A stretch of DNA of 64,000 nucleotides, taken from positions 45,169 to 109,168 of the forward strand of contig ADNK01002106.1 in NCBI GenBank assembly GCA_000320545.1, in the 5' to 3' direction. The position numbers and the translations under genes are program-made. Under the pieces are notes generated by a model that saw only the letters and a program-made list of their open reading frames with translations, searched no databases and was not told where the DNA came from. Positions 12,404-26,633 of the stretch are shown piece by piece (the first letter of the stretch is position 1; each line of letters starts with the position of its first letter). This stretch comes from Bigelowiella natans CCMP2755. Lineage: Eukaryota; Protista; Cercozoa.

Positions 12404-12667
12404 TTATTCCTTTCATCCTGTACTTGCTGGTAACGGCCAGTCTTCTCAATATTCGTAGTAGTCGCATATCCTTCGGCATGGAAGCATCGACCGATAATTA
12501 TATGGACTACAGACACTTCTTATATACATGCTCTTTTTTTAGCGTGTGTGCATATTTATTTGTTCTCACGCAACACCTGACCGATAATATGGGTGAGGAC
12601 AACAAGAACCAAAACCAACAAAAATAAGAATCTACCCAGCACTTCCACTGTCAGCTTTCAGTGAGCC

Positions 12668-12713
<46 letters not shown>

Positions 12714-13394
12714 GCACTGTGCATGCACATGTACAACTGGGCTATAGCTGAATGTTGAGCGAGTAAAATAAATTCTGGCATGTATCTGGTGTGATAGCTG
12801 GTGTTGAGATCATGCGAGACAGATGTATTGAAGTGATTAAATATGTTCAATGGTCATCCTGAGATCATGTATGAGAATGTGCTACAAATAGCACCTACGC
12901 ATTGATCATATTATCTGTGGCTCTCGCAGGCATGGATGGCATGGTGCGCCCCGCGTACGTCCCTGCCACTGTGGCTATCGACTCAATGTTTGAATGTGTA
13001 CATGAGCGTTTGACTATAGTGCTAAAATGATATTATTGATGCAGCTACGTACGTAAAGTGTGCATATACGCGTTTATATTTCCGATGTTATAGACTAGAT
13101 GTATCTCACCAAAGTTTGCTATATTGCATGCCAGCAATCATAACTTTACGAGGGAGGTGTAAAACGTTTAGGTTTGAGCTGTAGCTATAGTATTACGCCT
13201 GCTTACGGTCTCAATATCTAGACAGCGCACTACTTACGTACGTGAGAGAAATAAGGCGCTGATACATGAATTATTCTATCCAAGCTAGCTAGCTGGCTTT
13301 TCATGTGGTAAAAGTATTTCAATATTAACATAAGCCCCGCAAGAGTTGTGTACATTATTGTGCTAATTTTTCATTCACACATGCTCGTAAAATA

Positions 13395-14470
13395 TCATCT
13401 TGGAGTCCATTTCAGTCCAAGTTCGCGGGACACGACTCGGGGTTCATCGGTGCCTAGCTTGCAGGCTGTTCCTCGTAAGTAGCCCAGCTTTGTCTTGAAG
13501 ACCGAGAAGTTAAGAACACCTGCTTCTGCCTCTCGCAGCAAGGCAACATCCTCGTCACAGAAGCGTATCTCGTTCCGTCCACTGGTCGCAAACTGGAAAG
13601 GCTCCACGAATTGATCCGGCCCAATGTCAAGCGGGCCGTCCAAGTGAGCAGGAACAACGCGCTGGAAGTCCCACTGCCTGACCGTGTCTAGCCACCGCTG
13701 CAGAGAACCGTCACCGACACCCCGGTTCAGAATGATTTGGATGATGGGGAGAAGCGCGGGCTTGCCGTTGGCGCTGTAGGTTTTGAACGACTCCAGAGCT
13801 GACTCTTCTCTCCAGGCAAAAGGCTGCCACCCCCCCCATCCAAGCTCAAAGTTTGGGTCCAGCCTCAGGAGAGGGCCTAGTCCGATATCAGCCTGAACTG
13901 AGCCAGGAATAAAAAAGTTGAACAGCAGGACTATACGCCTCCATCCCTTCCGTCGCATCTCGGGGGTATCAGGCACAGTTTCTAACGGGTCGTCGCGTGC
14001 ATGGAAGAGCAGCGCCCGCACATATTCGGGATCGCTTGTGATTATCTCCGGAGGCTCATCCGTCACCGCAAAGACAGCATCGCACACCATCAGAGTCTTC
14101 GACGGCTTGTGTACAAATGCGGCGTCTTGGTACATGGAAGCTACTCCAGGTTGCACGGTAAGCACCTCATGCTCGAATTCGCCGTCCCAGAGACCAGGAA
14201 GTCCTTTGCTGCTCGGTGGCAAAGGTTTCGCCCAGCTCGGAAAGCCTAGGTAGCTGTTGGGCAGGGGGACCGGGAAGGAGTACTGCTTGTCGGTTACGTA
14301 GAACTCTGCCTTCGGGAACCGACGAGCAAACGGACCTGCCAGGACCTTGTGCTCCACCGCTACCTGGAGTTGTTGTTGTTGTTGTTGATGATGATGATGA
14401 TGAAACGCAGGCAGGTTGTCTTCCAACAGCTCTACTGTATCGTGTGGTTGCACATGCATGTATGTTGGAA

Positions 14471-14507
<37 letters not shown>

Positions 14508-15397
14508 GTACGTGTGTCTGTGGTGCTTGCTGTGTGGATGCTGGCGTGCATATATAAAGAAATGACCGAAGGTAGAATGATGTATTTTATTGGTCCGTAT
14601 TCGTCGATAAGGGGTTCCAGAAGGGATAGGCATTCTTCCGTTGGGGCGACTGGAGCGTACACGAACAGGCCACCCGAGTTCATCTTGATGACGGTCATAC
14701 GGATCGGAACGTGGACGTAGTAGATACCTGACGTGCGTTGTATGAGAAGAGAATAAGAATAATCGGCCTGGTGATAGATCTTTATTCGGCCCTCTTCGAT
14801 GTTCATCGCCATACAGTCATATATGCAAAAAGAATGTAAATATACATATACAAATACAAACACATACATACACGGGAAAGGGGGGGGGGGGGGGACGGCG
14901 AAGAAATGCAGAATATCCGTACCGATGAGCTGATCAAATGTCCACACTCCAGGTCCAGCCTCACGGCGAATTGTCTTACGCCTCGAGTATGGAAATACGG
15001 GCAATGCCGGCCAAAGCGGCCAATCAGCCTCTTTCGTAATGGCCGCCTCTGCCGCTCCCCCAGGCAACGAATTGACTCCCAATACCCCCAACCCAAGGCT
15101 CGCTGTGCCTCTTAGAATACATTTTCGATTCAATTTCGTGCACGGTTGTAGTGTGGGCATATCATTATCATCATCGCACTCAGCTTGCGGCGGCACAAGG
15201 TCACGTGGCAGGTCACGTGGCAGATGATGCGGTCGCCGTGCTAATCGGCGCCGAGGGAGAGACTGCAGAAGGCGGGAAATTGAGCCGGACGCCTTTTTCC
15301 GTGATAGGTACTGGGATCTAGAAGAAGACGACGCGAGCAGTCCATAGCAGTGTATGATGGTGGCTGAAAGAAGCAGCCCCAACGTGATACCCCTCAT
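13395..15397 (-). CDS. DUF4336-family protein with bipartite (signal + transit) plastid presequence
   Basis: Exons 15397..14923, 14727..14567 and 14363..13395 join in frame (534 aa). WPLWPALPVFPYSRRKTIRRE, VPIRMTVIK..GGLFVYAPVAPT, EHK..GPFARRFP and WDFQRVVPAH match the cyanobacterial/algal DUF4336 pattern. Hydrophobic N-terminus followed by an S/R-rich stretch. Confidence 0.85.
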
Positions 15398-16442
15398 CCC
15401 CCCCCCCCCACAGGGTAATGGACAGGAGAATTAAGTACAATCTAGGCAGGAATATTTGGTTTATTTAGGCTATCATAAAGATAATTATCAACGACACCAA
15501 TATGTGGTAAAGAAGAATAGCCGAACAGTAGCGTATCAAAAATCAATTTTTTTTTTGGATATATTGGGCTTAATATAATTTCTAAAGTGAAGTATCAAGC
15601 TGATCTTTTTGCCCACACACAACCCCCTTCCCACCCATTGATGCTGCGGCTTCGGATTAGCCTCGATCGATCGATTACTCTCGCTCTCAAGACGGTCTAA
15701 ACTATACACAGTTTCCACTTCCTCCCCCTCCACTCCCCCGTTGTCATTCGTTCATATACTGTTATCTCAAATGCACAATCAGAGCCCAAACGCCTCGGGA
15801 CGTGCATGGCAGTGTCGCTCGCTGTTCAGCCTCTCTAGAACAGCACCCTCCCAGCTTACGGCACAGAATAAACGCTCGTTGGCGACGTGGGGTCGAAAGC
15901 AGCTGCTGGATCCAAGGAGCCTCTGTGTTACCAGGATGGTAAAAATGAACGGTGCAGACAAGCCTCGTCATTTTGCGACACGGGATCGCGCAAGGAGGAA
16001 GGAATCGTCGAATCTGAAGCCACAGCCTCCCCGCAAGTCCAATGAAAACCAATTTTCTGAGGTAAGAACACAGTAGAAATGAAGATATGTGTGTGTGTGT
16101 GTGTATATATAAGGAGATCAACGTTTCTGCCTTTGTCTCTTCGTGTCTGCTCCTCCTCTTCCCGCTCCCTTCACAATTTGAAGGATCTTCTGGTATACGA
16201 GTATCCTCTGGGGCGCAGATTTCGACTGGCAACTCTACTGATGGGTTGAGAACAGAGACGATGATGTGTGGTGATGATATGGGATGATAATGATGATAAA
16301 CAAACCGTTGTCCAAGTGTTCAATCATGGAGAAGGTTAATGCCTGTGCATCTGCCATATATAGGAGCTCAAACCGTTTTTTTTGGTTCATGCGCCCTTAA
16401 AATGTACATTCAGCCCGAATTCGTAAGTGGAGGAATGGGGGG

Positions 16443-16481
<39 letters not shown>

Positions 16482-18143
16482 GAGAGGTTGGGGAGAGACT
16501 TTGTAAATCACTTAATCATACTGTTCACTCCACCATGGCGTTCCACCTTTAAAGGGTCAAGGCTTGATGCCGACTACGCTAGCGTGCGCCGCATTCAGTC
16601 TGTCCGCCGTCTATTTCCTCAACATCCTGTGGTAGTTGTAGTAGTAGTAGCTGTAGTTGAAAGTAGTAGTAACTAGTTGCAGTTGTAGTCTTGACAGTCG
16701 TGGAAGTAGTAGCAGTAGTAGCCGAATTTGTAGCCAAAGCAACCAACACCGTATCGTCGATCAAATTTGCTCCTCCTTCCTCCTTCCCTTGTTGGCAGTG
16801 GGCGACATATCGCGCAGATCGTGCTGGAGAAAGGGGGGGACACCGTCAGGCTCGGCCACCATGTAAATTTGGAACTTGCTGTGCTACTTAGATGGCGCTG
16901 TTGGCGACGCCTTGACTGCCTGCTGCTTCTTGGAATTTCTCCGCACGTAGTATACAATGTTCACGTGTTATTCGTGGTGCTATTTTCCCCGTCAGAACGC
17001 AATCGGCCAAATATCAGAGACATCGTACGACGTCAGCTCTCTGAAGCAACCGAATGTGTCCCGAAACCAGAAGGGCGATTTCCGATATTTCACGGTAGTG
17101 GTTGTGGTGATAGCTGTGGGCTTTGGAAAGTTGCCGTTGTTGATGACGGGCAAACACAAGCAAAGATCGATGGGGAGCGCTTTCAATTACACATAGGGAG
17201 CCCTTGTAGCGAATGGTCTTGTCATCTTATGTCGCTCGCCGTATTTGAACCGAGAGCTGAGTTGATGGATGGTCTTCTTGTTGCACTCCTCCTCCTCCTC
17301 CTCCTCCTCCTCCTCCTCCTCCTCCTCCTCCTCCTCCTCTCCCTTATCACTGTGTGTGCGACTGCTGTGTGTGGTACATGGGTGTAGATCGATGATGGCT
17401 TTGGCTACTACTTATATCACATAGAAGGTAGGTTCTTCAATAGTAGTAGTCTTAGAAGTAAGCAAAGAGAAGGACGACGAGGAGGGGGAAGAGGGCAGGC
17501 TAGGAGATAACGATCCGTGTATATAGCAATATGGTCCAATACATATGCAAATCGAATCGAAAGAACTGCTGGGTTTTCGTGCGGCTTTTCGCTTCTCTGT
17601 AAGCTGGCTGAGTTATTTTGGTGCATGCTGTCCGTAGGTGTCCTCGACTACAAGCTCATTCAACACATTCTACACAAATAATAACGGCGCTCGCTGTGAA
17701 ATATTTTTAAATGTATTTCTCCCAGCCCCCCATAGTTGGTACTTTGAAAATAGTGCTACAACAACGATTTGTTGCGTAGTTTCATATATTATTACAATGA
17801 CTGCTGGCATGCGTACTCATACATTGTACATTATGACTGATGTGTGGGCACGCACGATAAATAAAGGCGAATCATAATCGTCCTTTTGCGCTGCAGTAGC
17901 TTGCGTTTGGAGCAACGGTCTCATGCACGTTGTACATCGTAATGACCAATATACATAATAAGAGCACCGCGCGATCGCATGCGCCATGCATGTAATATTC
18001 GCGCAAGCGCTGAGTATATCTGTATGCATCCTCTGCGTGCTTGGCTTTTTTAAACACGTGGTTAGAAACAAGCTTTAGCTAATTGATAATGACGACAACG
18101 ACGACGATGATAATTTACAGTTGCGCGTGATCTCAGCATATCC

Positions 18144-19011
18144 TCAGATCTTCTGATCGCTTCTACTGCCTCTAGTACCACCAGTGTTACTTCCTCTGAC
18201 TTCAGAGCTTAGTTGTAGGGCTCGGCCAAGAGCCAAGCTCAGACTTCCTTCTTTCTGCCGCAGCTCCTTCGACAGGGCCGCGTTCTCCTTCTGGAGCTTC
18301 TCCATGCTGGCGCCGACGCCCTCGAATTTCCTGTCTGCTTCCTCGATTTGGAGGAGGAGCTTCTGGTTGAGGTCTGCCAAGCGGAGTGCCTTCGAATCTG
18401 GCTTCGAGAGAGAGGGGACGTTCGGGACCTGAGAGAGGCCGGCAACGGCCATACACTTGCTCAATGAGGCAAGGTCATGCGCAAGCCTCTCTACTTGCTC
18501 GTTGAGATCGACGAAGTGCGTGCGCCACTGCCCCTCCAGTTCGCCCAGCGTCTCCATGAAGGCTTGATGCACCGTGCAGATGGCCTGCAGCTGCGAGCGA
18601 ATCCAAGCGACCGCCTTGGAGCGGAGGCCTTCGGTCAGCTCCCCGTCCTTAGTCTCATCAACCAGTTTCATAAAGAAGCTCACTTCCCCCCCGCTGCTGT
18701 CACTACTCCTGGCGGCGTAAACAGCCGGGACCTTGACCTTGGCTGCTGCGAGAGTGGAGATATTGGTGTCGTGCATGGCCCAGCAGATGTCCTTCAGCAG
18801 GCATGACCACGAGCTGATCGAGCTCTTGTAGCGGTGAGCGTCGCTGCGGGCGTCGAGAGATAGCCTGCGGCTGTTTGCGAGCTCCACCGAGAGCTGCGAT
18901 GCGTGCTTCTGGGCATTCTGCAACTCCACCGTTGCTGCTGCCCTTGCTGTCCTCTCTCGCTCCACGACTAGACTCAAATCTCTTACCTTGCTCTCCTATA
19001 GATGACGTGTG

Positions 19012-19052
<41 letters not shown>

Positions 19053-20071
19053 ATGCGTATGGAGAGAAAGTTAGCAAATCTGGCTCCATCACAACTACGA
19101 CGACGATAGCCCAATTTATTTGGTATTCTGCCGTTTTCTCCCTCTCTTCCTCTTTTTTCCTCCTCCCAAATCTCCCCCTCTTCTCTCCTCCTTTAGTTCT
19201 TTACACTACTGACCAGATCAACGCGACTCTTGCGGAGGGCATCTTCAATTGCTGTGCACTTCTGGCTCCATGATACCTGTTGGCATCGTAGCAGCAGCAG
19301 CAACAACATTAACATCAATACACACACACACACACCCATACATATATATACACAAGCGTTGCATACTTGATTTAAAGAACGAATGATACCGCATAATGCG
19401 CTAGTTAAGGTACAACGTGCAACGCGGACGACTGACCGCGTTTTTCCTCTCCTCTTCAAGATCCCTGGAAAGCTGCGCCGCCCTCTCGCTGGATTCCCTT
19501 TTGCCCTTCCTCGCCGCATCGGTTTCTATTCTGTGATTTGTAGCCTCGGTCGTCATCTTCGAGAGCTGCGAAGACAGCTGGGTACAGCGGCTGGTCTCTT
19601 GCTTCAGCTTCTCTTTGAGCTCCTCGATGGATGCGAGGAGGCTCTTCCTCTCGTTGATAAACGACACTTCCCTTTAACGTATGGCAGACAATAGCATTGG
19701 TGAGAATGGCGATGGTGACCATGATTACGGCTATGCTGAAAGTGATGATAACGAGAGACGGGGATGGCATTGTAGCGCAAAGATCTTCTCTCTCTTATTA
19801 ACTTCCTCCTCCTCCTTTTTGAGGAGGGCGAGAAGTGAGTGAGTGATGGCCACCTGATCGCTGCAACCTTTTTGTCGTGCGAGTTTTCCGCTTGGGTCCT
19901 CTTTCGGACCTCCTCCATCTCCTCCCTGCAGATGCAACGGAAAATAAACACGGGAAAAAGCAGGTCGAATAAAAGTCGGATACAACCAAAAGGCGGCCTC
20001 ACCAAAAGCACACCCATCACCGACACCCTCATCGTCTCCACCATCGACAACGAGGCTTCATGAACAGCTGT

Positions 20072-20103
<32 letters not shown>

Positions 20104-20434
20104 CCTGTATCGACTCATCTCGTTCTCCGCCTCGAGGAGCTTTGTGTTGAGGGTTCTGATCTCGTCCTCCGCGTGTACTCGCTTGCTCTCGACGTCCTGC
20201 AGCACGGTTCGGAGCTTGTCCCGCGCATCCTGAGCCTCAGTTTTATAGGACGCAGCTGATCTCTCCGCACGCTGCAGGGCTAAGTTCGCCTCTTCCTTCT
20301 TGCTCCTGTGCCCGCTCACAGCGATGTTCCTGTTATTGAAGCCGATTCGGTTGGATTTCATTCGGAAGAGCTTTATCTCTCTTTCTCTCTCGCTCGTTTG
20401 CATATGTGCACCATATGTTCGTACGTGCGTGCGC

Positions 20435-20474
<40 letters not shown>

Positions 20475-21416
20475 AAGAGGGAGAGGGAGAGGGAGAGAAA
20501 TTCTAGGCTCGAGAGATTATCATTAACGCACAGCACAGCCCAGATAAGTACTGCGTCTTGCGACTGGCAGATCTACCTTTCCGCTTCTAGCCTATGTGCA
20601 CGGCTCTCCGCAGTTTGCACCCTTTCATCTGCTTGTAGCCGCCTACCCTCCTCAGCTTCCAGCTTCTCGTCGGAGAGCTTCTTTTGCTCGCGGAGCTTGC
20701 GCATCTCCATCTCGAGCTCGTGGATGCGGGACTTCAGCCGACTCACGTCGGCGAGGGCCACACGCTCTCTAGCGAGGCATTCGTTGTAACGCCTTCCTGC
20801 GTCCGTTATCTCCCCCCGAAGCTGCTTTTCGCGGTCCTCCGTCTGCAGCTGCGTCCCCTCCACGCGTGCAGCCTGAGCCCTGATTTTCTGGCTCATAGAA
20901 CCTGCTTCTGCCTCAAGGTCACGTACTCGGCGGTTTGCCGCTTCTTTCTGTCGGTAGAGCTCGAAGATCTGCTGCCGCACTCCGCGGAGAACGTCCTCAC
21001 GCTGCTCAGCCTCCTCAGAGCGGGCGTTGCCGACCCGCTCCAGCTCCACCACTTTCTCGGCGTTTAGCTGCAGCCTGCGGTGAAGCTCGTTTCCGCGGTT
21101 CTTGAGGAGGCGCGCCGTCCTTTTCATGGAGAAGAGGTCTCTCTGGCTGGCCTTGAGAAGCTTGGCAAGACGCTGGTTCTCCACCTCCAGTTTCTTCACC
21201 TCCTCCGATTGCGGCTGCATCGCCTTTTTATTCGTTTCAGTGGAAGGGGGGGGGGGGGAGATGAGGAGGCCAGAGATATGTGATCATGTGGCTGCTTAGC
21301 CGTAGCAGCTAGTAGTACTAGTTGCAAGATGATGGTAATGGTGATGATGGAAAAACGATTGCCGCGCACGTGTATGTGGATTTGAGTGAGGTTGTGTGTG
21401 CGCGCGCGCGTGTGTA

Positions 21417-21456
<40 letters not shown>

Positions 21457-23693
21457 TGTAAACAGAAATGCGAGACCACCTCGACAATCTTGGCTTGAAG
21501 TGCTTTGTTCTCGTCTACCAGCTTCTCGAGCAGCCCTTCGGCCTCACTCACCTTCTCCGCAGTCTGGAGCCGTATCGCCACGATCTGAACGCATATTCAA
21601 CACACGCAGCTTAGCTATCCTCATCAGCTATCGTTCGTTCTTGCAGAGCAGGGAGACTGAAGATTCTCTCGCGAAGTCAGGCTATCATCAGCGAAACATG
21701 GCTGGCATGCTACTACAGCGTATCGGGTACGATCAAGGGATGATGAGGATAAGGGATACAAATTTCGCAAGCCACACGAATGGATGTAATCACATACATT
21801 TTGTTCCCTGACTGCGATCTTGGATTCCAAGCGCTTCCTCGTCAGGTCGGACTCTTTCTTTACCCTTTCTACCTCTTCTGCAAGTTCGCCCTTCTTCTGC
21901 TCGGCGTCGCGCAGCGCCCCCTGCAGCTGTTCCCTCATCTTGGTTTCCGAGGCTACGAGCTCCTCTTTAGCATGAAGGTTCTTCTCCACGATGCAGAGTT
22001 GCTTTGTGAGCTTCGCTTTCGCCTCGATCTCGACGTTGACCTTCGCGATTAGACTTCTGATCCGATTCCTCATGGCTTTGGTTGTCTCCTTTGTCGTTGC
22101 TAGGATGCCTACAACGTGATCATGGATTCCAGTCCCCCCCCCATCCACGCTACTGCTATTCTTTGTCCCCCTCCTCGTAACTGACAACTCCTCGCTGCTA
22201 TTACTATACATACGGGGCATCAACGCCCTGCGCTTACTCTTCGACGGCGATGATAGGGAGGCTGCTTCACCGTCGCCGCTTTCTCGAAACCCAATAGAAC
22301 GAAGATCGTCGTTGTTCTGGTCCTGCTTGTCCTCCGTCTCCACCCTGGGGAAATTCCCGACGGGAGCTTTCTCTCGGCCAGGCGAGAGGGGGGTTGAAGG
22401 ATCGGTAGCAGCATAGGCGAGGAGGCTGTTCTTTATGTCGGCCAGCTCCTGCTCCAGATCGATGCGACGGCGTTTCTCGACCTCAACTTTGCTCCGAAGG
22501 TTCGCCGAGAGCTGCTTCTCCTTCATCATCTCAATACGGAGGTTACGTGTGTCGAAATCTACCGAATTTAGGTGCGTGTCTTGATCCTTGATCTTTTGAT
22601 GTAGCGACTCAACTTCCCGCAGAGCTGCAGCCTTTTGTGACGCCAAGCTCTTCCCAGCTTCCATCCGCATCGCTTTTTCCCGATTGATTTTCTCCTGTAG
22701 CTTCTCGATGATCTCATTCTGTTGCATCCTCAGCCCTGACTCTTCCTCCAGTTGCAGCCGGATCCTGTTCACTTCCGCTCGGGTGGACTCATGTGCGACT
22801 TTCTCGGCCGCCAAATCTCTCTCCCCCTTCGCTCTTGCTTCAATCGCCACTTTCAGCGCCAGCTTGGTCTCGGAAAGGGACTTCGTATCCCTAAGCTCTC
22901 GCGCCATTTGCAAGTTCTCCAGCGCGTTGCGCGCCTTAACAAGAAGTAGGGAACGCTCATGGCACTCACGAGTCTTTACTTCAATCTTCGTCCGCAGCTC
23001 TACGTTTTCCTGGACAACGGCCACAGCCTGTGTTGGGAAATAGTTGTTAGAAGACAGAGACGGTCACAACAATAGTGGTGAGGATAATAAAAAGTAGAAT
23101 ATCTAGATATTGCATGAAATAAGTTGTAGAGGACGAGAGAAAGGGTAGACAAGGCGGAGGGAGAGGGGAGGGGTGACGCGAATACATAGTAAAATCTACA
23201 TCTGTAGGGTGCTGTTCGGTAAGTCTCTGCTCAAGGTGGTAGATCTTAAGCTTCAAGTTGAAGACTTGTTTTGTTAACCTTTCGATTCTCTGTGGATTTT
23301 TAATGAAAAAGAGAAAGACACCAGCGTCGTAATAGCGAACAGGAACAACGGAAAGGGTTTTCTCTCCCCCCACTCCCCCTTGCTTTCTCTCGATGCATTT
23401 ATTACAAAAAGTAAGGTCGACGAGTTTCAAACTTAGAAACAAATTTGTAAGTTTGTATTAAAATTTGCCTCTTCGTTTCAAATTAGAGAAACAAAATCCG
23501 TTCCTAGCATTGACATATTTTCCAGCAAATGTACCCCTTCCGCTTCAGTTAGTTGAGGGGACTTTGGAGTCATTGCCGTAGGCGGCTTTGGTTGAAGCCC
23601 TTTTCCATCTCTGATAGCTGCTTTTGGAACTTCTGGAGTTCTGGGAGACGATAGGCTCTCTCCAGTCAATCCCAGAGAGCTTTCGTTGATCAT
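18144..23693 (-). CDS. Large coiled-coil protein with an N-terminal centrosomin motif 1 (CM1/Cnn_1N)
   Basis: About 9-10 exons of E/K/R/L heptad sequence (ORFs 21624-23024, 20573-21220, 18144-18977 and others). The exon at about 23201-23289 encodes RIERLTKQVFNLKLKIYHLEQRL, matching the CM1 consensus I..LKKENFNLKLRIYFLEERL. Confidence 0.8.
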
Positions 23694-24504
23694 TTGAAGA
23701 ACGTTGATTGTCGTTGCTGCCTTTAGACTCGTGGATCGCTCTCAACACAAGGCAACCAGCTCAAGCTACGCCCTCATTTCCCTGGCGGAGCTAATTTGAA
23801 GGAGCGAGGTGACTACAATAAGCGTGGTTTTCAGGACAGGGGGATGGACTAGGGCTACCCTAAAATCCCTTTTCCGATGGGTGAATCCTGATACTTCTGT
23901 CCACGTTAATCCAAGAAGTATTTGCGATGATAATTTTTCTAAATTTCGCCTGAAACTGCCGAATGTATCCATTTCGTTTATGGGCTAGAGAATGTTCCCT
24001 TCCTTCAGTCAAATCCAGGTTAGAATTACGCCTATGCTCGCACCTACCACTTCCCAAGAAAGTGAGGGAAGCTGTTTGCCAACTACGGTCAGCACATCAC
24101 AGACGATTTCCGCATTGCGACAACAATATATCGACCATTTCTCTGTTTCAAAATCACCAGACACATCTTCCGTCAGAGTATTCTGGCTAAAACCCTTAAG
24201 ATATGTGATACATATTGTGCGACAAGGTCATGATAATAATACTAGACTGTAAATCCCTATAATACATGAACAATATCTCATTCCTTATTCTTAAATCGGA
24301 CAACTGCTAGTTTCCGAATAACCCACCGAATGTGCTCCTCGTGAGGGGCGAGCAGCGGTGGATCTTCGGGTTGGAAGGATTTGGATTGATTGACCCGCTT
24401 AACTTCATCTCCACAGATTATTGGGGCCCAGGAGAGCACTGGAAGCGGCGAAAATTGCCATTTCGCCTGAGGATGTGTATACAGGATTTTGGGCGGTGAT
24501 TAGG

Positions 24505-26593
24505 ATGATGTATGTTTTCGTGCTGGGAACGTCTTTGTTGCTGGCAGGGGATCTTTTTTCCGATTTAGTCATCGGAACTTCAGCACAATCAATGGGTATA
24601 GTACAGGATCCCAGCTCGTTTTCATATCGGCATGCTCCCGGGTCCTACGCAACAGCTGGGTCGTACGTCCGGTCTGGAAGGATCGACTACGAGTTCGACA
24701 TGCCAGAAGATCATTACGACCAAATTACCCCCCCACCCACATCGCAAATACAGCAAGCGACTACGGGTCAGTACAATCTCTACATCGTCGGTCTGGCGGC
24801 GTGCGAACGAGAATCTCTTTGGGAGTCGTCCCTGGACCTTCTAGGCCAGATGCAGAGGAAGAATCTGCCGTTATCTTCGCGGACATGGAATCCTAATAAT
24901 CGGTGCAATGGTTCGAAGCGGTAAATGGGAACTTGCGTTATCACTGAAGGATAGGATGTTTGAGAGCCAAATCAACCCGAACCACCACACTTACCTCCTC
25001 TGCTTGAAGGTCTTGAGCATCGCCGGTGAGGGAGACGACGAGCGGAGAGATAGAAGTGGAAGAGGATACAGGGTGGGTGGAAGTAATAACTACCTTTGGC
25101 CTAGGGCATTTGATTTGCTAAATGAAATGAGGAGTAGGGCCGCGATCAATCCGGACGTCGCTATTTACGCTGCGATCGTGCAGGTCCTGAGAAACCATGG
25201 CCAAGACGGGAAGGTTGCAGAAGTAATGCGGCTACTCTTCGATCTATATAAGAGCACTATAGAAACCATCGAGATGTACTACCCATCAGGGAGGGCAGGG
25301 GCGAGGGCTTACGAGCTCATCACGCAGATGCAGGAGCGCAGCGTCAAGCCGACTCTTGCGATGATGAACGTTGCCGTAATTTCATGCGCGCGGCAGTACA
25401 CATGGTCGAGGATCCTCGACATTATCTCAGCGATGCGATCGAAATGGGTGAAGGGCAACCATATCACTTACAATGGGGCCCTCCTTGCCATGCGGAAGGG
25501 CGTGCATTGGGAGTGTGCTGAGCAACTCGTCGAATGGATGCGCGCCGACGGCATTAATCCAGACCGGACAACGACAAACCTTGCCATCGGTATCATGAGG
25601 GAAGCGGCGCCTGGGAGTGTCCTCCTCGAACAAAAAGAGACGGTGCAGAACCTGGGTGGGGTGAATGAAATTTATTCTAACTACACCACTTCATTCAGCT
25701 TCCTGCTCGATAAGCACTTCCCCACTGATGCGCAACCTCGATGGCTTAAGGCGCTCAAAGTGGCAACGATGAGAATGATAATGATACTGATGATGACGAT
25801 GACGATGATGATGGTGGTGGTGGTGATAATGATAGTGATAGTGATGGTGGTGGTGGTGGCTGCGGGGACGATTATAATGATGAAGGTTTTTGTGCCTGTT
25901 GCTGGCAACGAATCAGAACAACTCAAATGTCCACCTTGCCCCTCAGGTAATGAGAATGCTGCGAGAGAAGAGGATGGGATTCACCAAAGAGATGTTCGAT
26001 CGACTAGCGCAGGAGAGCGACCACAGTAATAACTGGCAGCTCTTCCTACGCGTTCTCTCTGCAATGCACAAGCGTGAGTTCCAAATCGACGGAGAGACCT
26101 ACAACCAAGGCCTTCGGCTGCTGGCAAGGAACGGGCAGTGGCAAATCGGGCTCGATCTCCTGCGGGAGATGTGGAGGCACAAAGGCGGCACAGTGGGGTT
26201 GGACTTCACCACTGACGCCGTGGTGCGCGAGATGCTATCGCAGGCGGATCGCTGGGAGATCTTCATCAAGCTCGTGCAGATGGGAGTGGTGAAGACCATG
26301 AGCTTTCGGCTCCCGAACGGGCGCTACAACATCTACCGCATCGCTCGAAACGAGAAGTACGATGGTGACTACGAGCGTGAAGCCAACCCAAACTACTCCG
26401 AGTTGGACATCGTGCATGCCGAGCGGGGCGTGTATCGCATGGGCCCCCTCGACTTTAAGGTGGTAGAGAGTAGGTAGCAGGAGGAGAGGAGGAGGAGAAG
26501 GTGGAGGAGTGAGAGTTGTTCCGATCCTGTTGATCCTTCTACTGCTTATGTTGCTACACGCTGCAGTATGATGGCACTGAGCAGTCGCGCACA

Positions 26594-26633
<40 letters not shown>

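Noticed and set aside
15500-17630. Possible additional minus-strand gene between DUF4336 and the CM1 gene
   Set aside because: Exon-like blocks exist, but I could not join them into a consistent frame or recognise a motif; left uncalled.
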